From Oikopleura dioica (Eukaryota; Animalia; Chordata), in assembly GCA_907165135.1 (NCBI GenBank), contig OU015569.1, positions 11,098,001 to 11,162,000 on the forward strand: a stretch of 64,000 bases of DNA, in the 5' to 3' direction. The notes under the pieces were generated by a model. That model was not told where the DNA came from, ran no database searches, and worked only from the letters and a program-made list of their open reading frames with translations. Both the position numbers and the translations under genes were made by a program. Below are positions 23,110 through 34,584 of the stretch, in pieces; positions within the stretch are counted from its first letter, which is position 1; every line of letters starts with the position of its first letter.

Positions 23110-25841
23110 TTAATTTATTCCGTAAAAGTCAGTAGAAAACCAGATATCCAGAACAAAGCGGTCTTCGAAGTTTTCTGTGTTGAATCGCGTGAATCGGCCG
23201 CAGCGGAAAAGACTGAAGTCCTTGTGATCTGAACGAGTTAATCATAAGAACAGTCATTTTATCTTATCACTTACCAGTAAAAAACGAAACTCTATGATTT
23301 TGCAGCTCGCTTGGGCCGCAAGTATTTGCTTTCTTGTTTTTGTTGTGGCAGTCAAAAATGTCCCCGTCGTAGAGATAAATGTTCGAGTACTGAGTGAAGC
23401 CCATCGGCTCGCTTGAGCTCTTAGAGTAGTACCAGAAGTAGCTGCTTCCTTCTACTGGCAGAGCTTGTTCGGTGACTGGGAAATTGGATTAAAATTGGGC
23501 TTGAGTTCTTTGAATTAACCTTTGCAGTAAGGTTTGCACGCGTTGGCGCAGAAACGTCTGCAGCTAGACTCGCACTGCTGCTGGCAAGTCTTGTACTTCG
23601 GAAGCGATTCCATTTTTTCCCACTGTTTAATCGTTGCTTCGTCTCTGTTGCATTCTTGCTCACATCGAGGAGGGCACAAAGTTTCTTTACACTCAACAAT
23701 GTCAGGCTCCTTTTCGCACTCTTTCAAGCACTCGTGGTCAAGCTAAAATGGCAGATAATTATGAGCGATTGAAAATTCTGAAAATATTTACCTTAGTTTT
23801 TCTACTGAAAACAGTCTGATTGAACAAGACATTGATCGGACCAACCACTCCTGCTCTGTACTTTTCATCCCCTTCTTCTTTGCAGCCGACGAAAAGCGTT
23901 GTCGTATTCGGATTTGGAGGTTCTAGGAAGCGCCAGATAGAAGGAGTTCTTCCTTTGTAGGAGAAATACTTTTCAAAACCGTTGGAGCTTTTTCACGAGT
24001 CATGAAACAACCTTCTTTTTTCAACGATTTTGATAATCCTTCTTTTGAGCTTATGAGATAAATTTTCAACTCGGTCCTGAGAAGATAGTCATTGACATGG
24101 TTGATCATGACGTCATCGCGGAGAACATAGGGAGTTGTCGTCGTTGTTGTAGTTGTAGTAGTTGTGGTCGTTGTGGTCGTCGTAGTAGTTGTCGTAGTAG
24201 TAGTCGTTGTCGTAGTCGTTGTCGTAGTTGTCGTCGTGGTGGTCGTCGTTGTAGTTGTGGTAGTCGTTGTGGTGGTAGTCGTCGTTGTCGTAGTTGTGGT
24301 AGTTGTAGCGTCGAAATCAGCACATGGGCAAAGATGGAGACAAAAGGGAAAATCCGCATAGGCACATTTATCTCGACATTGCTCCTCGCCATTTCCTTTA
24401 TTGTGGCAGACTTGGAGGCAATGGAGAAACTCTTCGTAGCAAGTTCTTTTGCAAGCGCGGATTTCGTAGTAATGCTTTTCTTCGCAGCTTAGCGGCGGTT
24501 TTGTAGTTGTTGTCGTCGTAGTTGTCGTTGTAGTAGCTGTGGTCGTTATGGTCGTTGTTTTTGTAGTTGTAGTCGTCGTGGTAGTGGTCGCAGGAGGCGC
24601 GCAAGGGCAGTTTTTAACGAGGCAGTTGTAATGATCCTGCATCAAACATTTTTCAGTGCATTTTTCATCGTGCTTTGGACATTTTAGCATGCACGTTCCA
24701 ACATCTTCCCAGCAATCGTGTTTGCACTTTTTCATTTCTTGAGCATGTTTCTCTTCGCAAGAAACCGGCTTCTTCGGGCCACACTTGTAATACAACGGAT
24801 TTGGACAAGGACAGCCCTTTGGACAATTGTGCTCGCAGGGACATTCGTTTTCGCAAAGTGTCAAGCGATAGTCGCAGTTGTTTTCGCAAGTCATTTTTCG
24901 CCCGCAAGTTGAGTGGCATTTTTCATGAAGCGCTTTGCAAAAAGACTTGCATTTTTTATTCTCTAATTTTGAAAAATCATCGCAGTGGCCATTATGATGA
25001 CCTTGTGGCGATCTTGTTGTTGTCCTTCGCGTCGTGGTTGTTCTTTTCGTCGTTGTAGTTTTCTTTGTTGTGGTTGTTGGCGTCGTTGTTGAGCGATAAA
25101 CAGTTGTCGTCCAAGCATAAGTAGTGTACTCTGTTGGTCTTGGTCGCGTCCAAGTCCACGGCCCCTTCAAAAGTTGCGAATTTTCGGAGCTAGGTTATTC
25201 TATAAACAACAGCAGTAAGTAGTGATACCGATGATAGCAGACTCAAATCCGGGGTTACGCCGCCACTAAGAGAATCCTGTCTTGTGATTGGCTGACCGGA
25301 TAACCTGTTCGCCATCCGTGGCGAACAGCTTCAAATCCCGGACAAAGGCCTGCTATCATCGTTACTTTCGTTGTTATTCTAGTTTGTTATCCTGAGAAAT
25401 CCAAAGAATTATGACCAGATCGCGGTCAATCATGAGTAGTTTTTAAAAGTATAAAATGCCAGAACGGACTCATTTTCTGTCAATCTATAAAATGCTGAAC
25501 TGTATACTTGACGATGATCGATATATACATCTTTCAACGAAAATAAATGAAACTAAGAGACGTTTTGTTTTGATTTTCTTACAAGAGATAAATGATACTT
25601 TGAATATGTAAGCTACAGACTCCGAAAACGAATGTCTTGCTTTTCATTTCAGAGAAATTTGCAACTTTGGTTCCTTAGTTTTGTCCGGCGCTTTGGTTTT
25701 ATTCGGATCTCTAGTTTTGTTCGGGTCTCGAGTCTTGTTCGGATTTTTCGTCTTATTTGGATTTCCGGTCGGAGCTGTTCCCCCGTGCCAGGCGCTAACG
25801 GACACCAAAAATGGCAGAAAAATAGAAAATGTCGGTTTCAT
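23110..25841 (-). CDS. Secreted Cys-rich poly-Thr mucin/oikosin-like protein; exon 25841-~25664 is the probable first exon
   Basis: Repeated C..C...C...CPC modules, CPCEHNCPKGCPC, and a run of more than 50 Thr. The signal-peptide exon joins in phase 2 to the acceptor at ~25196. Further exons run to the stop at 23110. Confidence 0.72.
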
Positions 25842-26187
25842 TTTCTCTCCTCTGACCCGTCTCTCGCTACTGAAGAAGTTGAAAGAGTTAGAAGTGAGTA
25901 CTAGCTAACAGTCAGCTGAAGATGAAGTTGTTCGACAACGCAGCTGTTTGTCGAGAGCGCGTGTCCGAGACACCGTCTGAGATGTTGGCCATCTTCCGGT
26001 CCGAAGTGATAGAATTAGAATCAGACAGTTATCTGTCCGATTTCAGTATCTACTATTCAATAATTTTTTCTAACTTACGTGGATTGGCTTCATTTAGCGC
26101 CCTCCGCCGCGCAGTTTTCTCAAATGAGCGTGAAATTAGTGATGCGCAGCTACAAAACGACCTCGAAATCGAGCACCTTAATTCAGT

Positions 26188-26280
26188 ACTCATCCCATTT
26201 TTGAGTCCGATTTCGATTGTCTAACAGGTAGGAATCGTAGCCAAGCCTTCTCTCTCTTCCCTCTCGCCTCTCAAAATTCA
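26188..26280 (+). ncRNA. SL RNA: Spliced-leader (SL) RNA gene; 40-nt exon 26188-26227 followed by a GT donor; 3' end uncertain
   Basis: ACTCATCCCATTTTTGAGTCCGATTTCGATTGTCTAACAG|GTAGGAATCG matches the known O. dioica leader. Hairpins ACTCA/TGAGT and CGATTTC/GGAATCG, the latter spanning the donor. Confidence 0.92.
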
Positions 26281-26449
26281 CGAAGCGGTCCGAACTTGCA
26301 GTTTTTCAGTAAATAAACGAATTTAACTATAAATAGACATAAAAAACGACTTCGGAAGTTTTTTCTTTTGAAGAACTAAGTAGTACAGTAAAGAACAGTT
26401 TGTACCACAGACTGCAAGTACGAAAAACTAGTGTATTTTCGGCAAAACA

Positions 26450-26521
26450 AGGCGAGACCGGGGTTCGAACCCGGGACCCCTTCATTACGAGTGAAGTGCT
26501 CTACCACTGAGCTAACCCGCC
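26450..26521 (-). tRNA. trnT-CGT: tRNA-Thr(CGT)
   Basis: Cloverleaf GGCGGGT-TA-GCTC-AGTGGTA-GAGC-A-CTTCA-CTCGTAA-TGAAG-GGGTC-CCGGG-TTCGAAC-CCCGG-TCTCGCC-T. A and B boxes, T4 terminator, one T7:T66 mismatch. Confidence 0.93.
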
Positions 26522-28664
26522 CTTGTCTCCCTCAAATCACGGTTTCATTATGAAATTCTCACTTTCGCGCCTTCCCAATCGTCAATTTTACCCTCCACTC
26601 TATCTACGTGACGAAAGTTCCCAGTAAATTCAGTAAAAAGACAGTAAGAAATGTAGCACCATCGATGATAGTGCTGTCCATTGAATGATGATGTACAGTG
26701 GTTCATTTTATAATTAATAAATTCATTAATTAATGACTTGATTGGAAAAAAAATCTCTAAAATGATGATTCGACACTCCAATTTACCAGTTACTGTATAT
26801 CAGATACAGTATATTTTTCATTTTAAACGATCTTGGAGCTCTACCAAAGTTGTCTTGATGTTTTAAGAGAGAAGACAATAATCTAGGAAGACAATTGAAA
26901 GGCAGGGCCCTTAATAAGATAGGAAGATGATTTATGGGGAACTTTGTGCCGATTGGAAATTGATTAAAAACTTCGTCTTCGGAGGATAATTACATCGATC
27001 TAAGCGGGGCTTATTAGAGAGCTATTCCAAGTGAAGTGAAGGGCACGCTGCCGAAGATACCTCGCAGAAGATAGAACACTCGCTGAAGCATAAGTTCAAC
27101 TGTCAAAGTATCGAGGAAGAATGATCATAGACCTGGCTACTCAGGTACAGTCGAAATCCAACTTGAATTTAGAGACAAAAAAGAGAGCCCTTTTTGATGA
27201 GATTCTAGTTTGGAATTTCTAGAGACTATTTTTGAAGACCATAATTCTTGTGAAAACACCCCCAGATTGATATATAATTTACAAATGGCAGTCGAGAATA
27301 TACGTAAATTTGTATAAAGAACTGGAATTAAAAGCTGAGTTGATATTTCTAGCGTGATCGTAGATAACTAAAAAACATGATTAATTTAGAGACACATCGA
27401 CAGGGAATCCGTTTTCTTCTACATTTGCGTCATTATTGTTGGATGCTCGGCAGTTTGGGGATGCGTTGCTTACACCATTTTTTGCATTTGGTATCACATG
27501 ATTAAACACAAAGTAAGACCATTTTGGTGCTTAGAGAAATGAATTATTGAAGTACCTTTTCGATTTCGGATATCACGATGACAATCAAAAAGCGATGATA
27601 AAGAAGCAGGCCAAGCTAATAGAAAAAGAACCAGGAAAAGTCCTAGGTAAGAACTTCTTGTGCTTTTAAAATGCCGGTATTTCGATGGCACTTTTGATCC
27701 GCCGAAATACTTGAAAGTAGGGGCATCAAAGATCAAATTTGGCGCAACTGCTATCCAGCTGTTTCTATGGAATATAAAGCCGAAAAACGGAATAGATATT
27801 CATAAAATGAAACAAAAAAAAGGTCAAACGTTTTCTGAATAAAATTCTCGAATGTTTTTATCATTTTTCTTGTGATTTTCTTTTGACTTGACTTGAATCT
27901 GACCATAAAAAATATACATTTTTACTTCTAAATCGATTTTCATCGCAAATTCTTCCTAAATTAGAAATTCTAGTGTCGCTCTTTAACATTTCAATTTAGT
28001 TTGTTAAATATGGTTGGTCTATATAATGTATATAATTTTCTGTTTTAAGCTCATCCTCGGGCGGCAGTAGTGATTCCCCTAACCCCTCATATTGGAATGA
28101 AGAGAAAGTTCGAGAACGGAAACGACATGGCGAAAAAACTCGAGGGAGATGTAGACGGCGGTTTTGAGCGATCAGAAATGGTTGCTTGATGCTGCTTGAA
28201 TTCTGCTTTTGAACAAATGAATAAACAAACAGAGTAGTTTTTAATTTAAAGCATGATGCTTTATGAGCTTTATTTTCAATTGAAATTTTCAAGTGTTGAA
28301 ACGATGACCAGTGGACTGTTGAAAGTTCAATCTCGACAGTGGATTTTTTTATTTCTCAGGCAGTACACGATGATTTTTATTTCGCGTTGTGTTTTAGTTA
28401 CAGAAGTGTTGTTTTCTTTTTATATTAGCTTTGTTACAAAATTCACAGAATCATTTGCATTTACGGAGTCGTTTTTTAGTTACGGAATACCTCGAAAGAT
28501 AGCGTTGTGTTTAGCAAGTACAGTAGTTTCTCGTTCTCTCCTTTTCTGTTTAAAAAAGAGTTGTTATTTTTAAAAATAGGGTCAAGCTGGTACAGAAATT
28601 GTAGATTTTAGTTTTCGTTGTTGCATTTTTGAACGTTTTTCTTTTTAGTTTTGAGTTTGATAAG

Positions 28665-31581
28665 TTAGACTTGCGTGCCGTAGAAACTGAAATTGTGGCT
28701 GCTGAAATTCTGATGCGTTCTGTGCGGCGAGGGCTTGTGGTGGTGCTGATGGTGGTTTGAGTTGTTAGTTGAGTTGTGATTGCTGCGGCCGGGGCGCTGT
28801 TCTTGACGCTTGACTGGCGAGAAGTTAGCGTTTTCGACCAGCGGTTTGCGATGATTGTGACTTCCTCCGCTGCGGTTTTGGTTGCGCCCGGGGTAGAATT
28901 TTACGTCCCAGTCGGACATGGCGCCACGGTCGTCTTGGATCACAGAAGCCGTCACTAAAAGACAGTTAAGACAATGGAGAATACTAGCGACTACCTGGTA
29001 GAGGTCCGACCATGCCCGCTTCTTCCAAATCTGTGGCAATTGCTCTTTCTATTCTATCGCGTCTTCTTCTCCTCGCGTTCCCGGAATTGACCCGCCCGGT
29101 CGAACCGTATTGGGAGCTTTGTTGATGGCGTTTCTGCTTTTGCCTAGTTTTTTTTTTGTTTTAAAAAGTCGCGTTTTTAATGATTATTGTCTTACCTTGT
29201 CGTTGCTAGTGGATTTCCCTTCGTCGTGACTTCGACAAAAGCAAGGTCTTCGATGCCGTTTTGTCCGGGCTCGATCAGTTCCTGGATTTGGTCAAGAAAA
29301 GGAAGGGAAGAAAAAGGGTACCTTTTCGATGTTCTTCCAAAGCTCAGTTTTCGCTTCTTGGTCAGCTCTTTTTGAACGGGCAGGGACTTGGAACGCGCTC
29401 GATGGAAATTGCGGCTGGACGAGTTTCTCTGTTGAAGCTCGAGCGTTTTTGCTAAGAAGGGATTCAGGTAAAGCGCCAACTGAAATTTAAAAGAGCTAAC
29501 CTCAAGTGAGGATCATTTCTGATCGCTTCCGTGTCCGTCATTGCATTTCGCACTCGCTCGCGTCTTCGCATTCTCTTTCTTCGCGAATCCACTTCGGACT
29601 CGTCTCCAGATGTCTTCGCTCCTGAAAGTCGAACTTATGAAAATGTCTTTCTGACTTGATTGAATCTGGCGGGCGGAATTTATTTGCCCGTAAAAAGAGG
29701 TCAGCTGGTCATAGAGCAAATTGACTTTTAGACAGCTGGAATACTGCTCTCTTCACTTTTTTCACTTTCAATATTCAAGACAGAAGAGAAAAACTACTGT
29801 ACCTCTTTCTCTACTGGCTCTTCTTCGTCCTTTAGCGGGTGGGAAACGGCTAACTGATCCAGTCGTCGTTCGCCCGGCCACGGATTCGACATCGCTTTAA
29901 AAATATGTAATTTTTTGAACAAGTGTTTGTTTTTACCTCTTGTCGGTGAACATTCCCAGCTCGCGTTTGCTCGCTCGTTGAGATTGATTTGAACGGTCGA
30001 AGTTGTTCTGGAGGGAGTATTTTGACGCATCACGGTCGTGTTCTCGCTCTTTGTAGTGCCTTTAGGAAAAGAGTACTGTTAATACTGTAAATACTCAAAG
30101 AAGAGCTTGACAAAAGGTTAACCCTCGGCATGGCGATCCGAGTCAGACCCTAGAAGTGCTTAAATGAAAAGCCGCACAGCGTCTTATATTAAATCGAAGC
30201 CGCCAAGATTAAGGATTCATCTTCATAAAGTTCCTAAAACGTAGCTGACAGTACCTGAATAGACTGTGATGACCCGTCGCTTGCTGAAAAAGCGCTTTGC
30301 ACGAAGCTCTATCGATCGTCTTTGCGGGCATGATCATCCCGTTCTGACTGCGCAGCTCAAACGTCTTTTCGCGATAATCGAGTTGTGTGATGTGTCGCCA
30401 GCGGAAAAACTGACTCTGAATTGAATTCTTTGAAGAAAGCGAGCTTTTACACGGCTAGGCCGGAATCGAGAGTGTTTGACTGTTCAATAAGTTTCACTTT
30501 GGAAAAGAAAGAGAATTCCATTTGAGAATTTGGAAAACGCAAATTTATCGTTCTGTCCAAAATTGACGACTAATTCGCCAAGATTGTCGATAAATCTGTA
30601 GAAGTTAGAATCTTGGAATTTCGGACTGAGAAATTTTCAGGTTTCGAATACAAGAAGCTATAATTATTATTACTAACCTGTCCGTCTTCTGGGTTGCCGA
30701 GGCGTATCTCAAGTCCCCGTGCACTAAGAATCGCTTCTCCTTCTTTCGTCGATCCGGCGAGTGGCTGCAGTCTGAAGCGCTGTTCTCCATATTTCTCCAA
30801 CTTCCTGGCTCTCCACAAGAAGCGTTGTTCGGATTCCTGTCGGCTCAGTTGGACCAGTTGGCGGTGACACGTTTTCACTTCTTCTATCCATCCTTTTGGC
30901 ACTTGTCGTGGGACGAGTTTCAGTTGGTCGTATTCGCCGTCTTTGATGTTTCCGTAATCGCCCTGTTCTGCCTGGGCGGCGTAAGCAGCTAGTTCCGCTG
31001 CAGCGTCGTCGGTAGCGTCAAGATCGCCGTTTAGCAAATCAGAGCGAATTTGAAGATAGAGCCAGTGCCTCGCCGCTTCTTCTTTCAATCGCTGCGGATC
31101 GGGCGGGTAGTAGCGAACTCGGAACTTGAGCGCTGGTTTCTGCTGATTCTGCGCAGTTTTGGGTAGTTGCTCGTAAAGAGTCCGATTCGGGTCCAAGTAG
31201 TGGTCGCAGCCGCCTTTGCCCTTGTAAGCGAGGCCGAAGAACTCACCCTCCCGCTTCAGTCGTAAATGGTCAACTGCAGAAGTTATCAGCTGACGGGTTC
31301 GCGCCGTTCGCTACAAAACGGATCGTTCGAAAATTGATAAAATAGATATTCAAAAAAGATATTTCCAAAATTTCATTTTTCGAAATAGTTGTGAATTTTT
31401 CTTGAATTTGGTAAATTTTAAAGAGGATTTCCGAATTAAAATTAGCTCGTGGCGGATTAAACTGGCGCGATAAACAGGTGCTTACCGAATAAGTGATGGT
31501 GAGCCTTGAAGAGTCGGGAAACTTGATTTCTACGGCGACGGTGCGTTTCGCTGCTCCAAAGCAGCCAGTCAGCCATGACAT
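28665..31581 (-). CDS. Band 4.1/FERM-domain protein (EPB41L4-like) with C-terminal PDZ-binding motif TQV
   Basis: EFFGLAY...HYLDPNRTLYEQL, LKFRVRYYPPDP.RLKEE, LYLQIRSDLLNG, C-lobe FRWRHITQLDYREKTF. Confidence 0.9.
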
Positions 31582-32409
31582 CACTCTGAAATCGAAATAA
31601 GAAAAAAGGAAAGAAATTCTTCGGAATTCGAATTTTGAAAAAAGAAAAGCTGAAAATTGAAAATTGAAAAGAACAATGGAAAAATGCTCCTCGAGAGCAA
31701 ACTCGGCTCCTCGAATCGAGCAGAATAATCAGAAAAAGATAGCTCGAAATTTCGCCTTGATTTGACATAGAGACACCCTTATTTTTTGGGCTAATTATGA
31801 AGTTCGGACACTTATCTAAATTCTAGGAGCTTAAAATTAATAGATTTTCTCTTCAGAAAATGGCTTGAATTGATTGTTAGCGGAAGAATTAAGGGATTCA
31901 CTACGATAAGTCGAAGAGAAAAGGCTGTTCGAAAATCAGTCTCAATCCTGGTCTACCCCCTTAAAATTAAGTATTTGAAGTCGGTCAAACCTGAAGAACC
32001 CTTCAAAATGCCCGGTGTATCGCTCGATCTTCATATTTGAAATTCTAGCTCTCAAATTCTGCCTTGTTTTTTTCCAAAGAACTCAAACTCTCGCTTCGGG
32101 CAGGAGAACTAAGCAGGATAAAAAGTGCTTTGTTTGAAAAGGCGATTGTGTTTTGGGCACACCGAAAAGAAGCCTGCAGAATTTCAAAAAGAAAGGCGAT
32201 TTTTTCTTTGAGTTTGTTATTTTAAATCCGTCAGATTCAAAGTAAAGAAATCTTCATTTTTTCACAAAAAGCATTGATTCGTTTTTTAATTCTCAATTGT
32301 AAATATTTGCCGAATGAAGGGGTACCGCGCAGGAAAGAGAGACCGTTCTAGTCAATATTTGAATTCGGAAGACCGGAAAAGCTTCCGAAATCTGCGAAAA
32401 AATGAATCA

Positions 32410-32738
32410 TTATTGCTTTAATAATCTTTAAATGGTTGTTACACCCTTAATATTTGCTCACAATTTAAGGGGATCAGCTGATTAAAACCCTTTTTTTTTC
32501 CTCACCATTCTGAAGGAACGGCAAAATTAATGGGTAGGAATGAGTTTAAGGAGATACAGTCAGATTAAAAACAGAGTTTTTTCTATTCACTGTCTCTCCT
32601 TTAACTCGCTCCATCCCCTTTATTTTGCCGTACATTCAGAAAATTCAGGAAATTTAAGATGGTATTCAGCCGATCCCCTTAAACCTTGAGCAAATATTAA
32701 GGGTGTTAGAACCATTTAAAATTATTAAATTAATAAGC
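32410..32738. mobile_element. ~330-bp foldback element
   Basis: Imperfect inverted arms of ~150 bp (TTTAAATGGTTGTTACACCCTTAATATTTGCTCA / TGAGCAAATATTAAGGGTGTTAGAACCATTTAAA). Confidence 0.75.
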
Positions 32739-33476
32739 GATAATTAGTATTAAACTATTTAGTTTTCACTCAAAACTTTCGAGTCAAAAAATAATTCGCA
32801 GTCCCTTCATAATGAATAAAAAATATTAAGGGTGTCTCAGTCAAAATTTATTTCCCCAATTTTCAAAGCTAAAAATTCCTTTTTTTCTTTTTTTTTTTTA
32901 ATTCTCAAAATCAATTCTCAATCTTCACTTCTCAAAACTAGAATTTCTCACTTACCACGTGACTATTCTTTTTTTCTTAATTTTCTTCGTTTTCTTGTTC
33001 TCTCTAAAAAGTTTTCGTTTCTTACAAATCGTTTCTATTTTTTATGCAATTTTGCGCAGTTCAGAAAAAAGGGGCGAAAGTGGGTTGATTTTGAAATTTG
33101 GCAAAAATCGGAAAATTAGGTTGTTTGAAGCAAAAGGAAAAATTAGGGGTGGTCGATTTGGCTCTCTGGTTTCAAAGGGACATGGGCGGCGGATCAAAGC
33201 GGCTCTGGCTCTCATTGTTTTGACCGCAGCCTGTACCCCACCGGAGGATTTAGCCCCGGGGCACTCCACCAAAAGAACAAAATAACGAACTCAACCGATT
33301 TCCAATAAACACAAAATACAAAAAGAAAACTACTCAGACTCGAAATCTTCGAATTTCTCATCTCTCATCTCCGCAGAAACCAAAAAGAATTGATAAGAAA
33401 CGCAACTATCCAAACTATTTGCACAAATAGAAATGAAACGAAATCAAAAAAGACAAAAATTGATTTGCTTTTCATT

Positions 33477-34256
33477 TTATTTTCGATAAACAGTTTTCGA
33501 AATTGTGGGAAGAGGAGGATACTCCTTCGACTCCATCATTCCTTCGGCTCCCTTTGGATCGCTGGCAGGCTTCTTCGCGGATCCGGACGGAAGTGGAGAA
33601 AAAATACATCGGACGGTTTCTCTGAGGTCGCCGTCGAGAACTTCGTTTATGAGAGCGTCTAGCACCTTTCCATCCGCGTCGAATTGCAGGAATCTTCCAA
33701 TCGTCTTTATTTTTTCACAATTTGTCTTGTTGCCAAAAAATCTGTTGCGAATGACTTGAGCGGTGAATAACGGTTCGTGAATAAGCTACAAGAGGGGGTC
33801 CCTACGAATATGAACAAATCTCTAAGACCACGATTTAGCAATATTCTCGAGGACTAACGGTTGTCCACATTCGTAGGGACCCCCTCTTGATCTGGTAGTT
33901 GTCTCGCTCACGATTCCCCATCGTAGATTTCATTCTGAATTATTCATTACCAAATCAAAAAGTCAAAAATATCAATTTACTTTAAGAGCATCTCCAGTAG
34001 TTCTTCGCTCAATTCAGCATTGTAGAGTATCCCGCACTTGATTATTGCAAATAAACTTAAGTTCCGGACAGTCCAATGTTTCATCGCCGCTTTCAGTTGT
34101 GGCTCAGCCAAGCCTTAATTGTTTGTCGAATAATAGTTTTATAATAATAAACTAACCTAAGGCCATTTTTTCGCCGAAGCAGTCTTTACTGTCCAGGCAC
34201 TGCCAGACATACTGTTTTACTAGCCAAGGAAGATCACTGAACGGAAAAGGCTCCAT
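33477..34256 (-). CDS. F-box protein (multi-exon)
   Basis: N-terminus MEPFPFSDLPWLVKQYVWQCLDSKDC fits the F-box pattern. Downstream open exons (NRFFGNKTNCEKIK...LDALINEVLDG). Confidence 0.55.
33789..33889. mobile_element. 101-bp MITE-like foldback
   Basis: Perfect 21-bp TIR CAAGAGGGGGTCCCTACGAAT. No TSD seen. Confidence 0.75.
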
Positions 34257-34584
34257 ACTCTGTTCTGCTTCCTTTTTTCGAGTTTCAAAACTAATTGGAA
34301 AAATTCTAGAGAAAGTCGGAACTAGAGAAAGTTCCATGCTGAAGCTACCAAATAGAAACATCAGGGTCTAATTGTCAAAAAATGGAAATAAAAGCAAGTG
34401 CAAGGAATTAGCGGCGCAATTTCTTTGACTGAAAGCGTAACCGTCACAACTAATGATCGTTCCGGCTTGAATTTCGGTGTAAAATCGCGTTAGAAAAATT
34501 AATCAAGTGGATGCGTCCGATCCCGTTATGAGCATTTATAAGGCAATTGCTGTGCATGGGATTCTTCAGAGTCATTTTTCCACG

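Noticed and set aside
24097-24492. Poly-Val and Arg/Cys/Ser ORFs
   Set aside because: Alternative frames of the poly-Thr tract.
25900-26450. 5S rRNA next to the SL gene, and ORF 25922-26224
   Set aside because: No 5S-like sequence was recognised. The ORF runs through the SL exon and has no homology signal.
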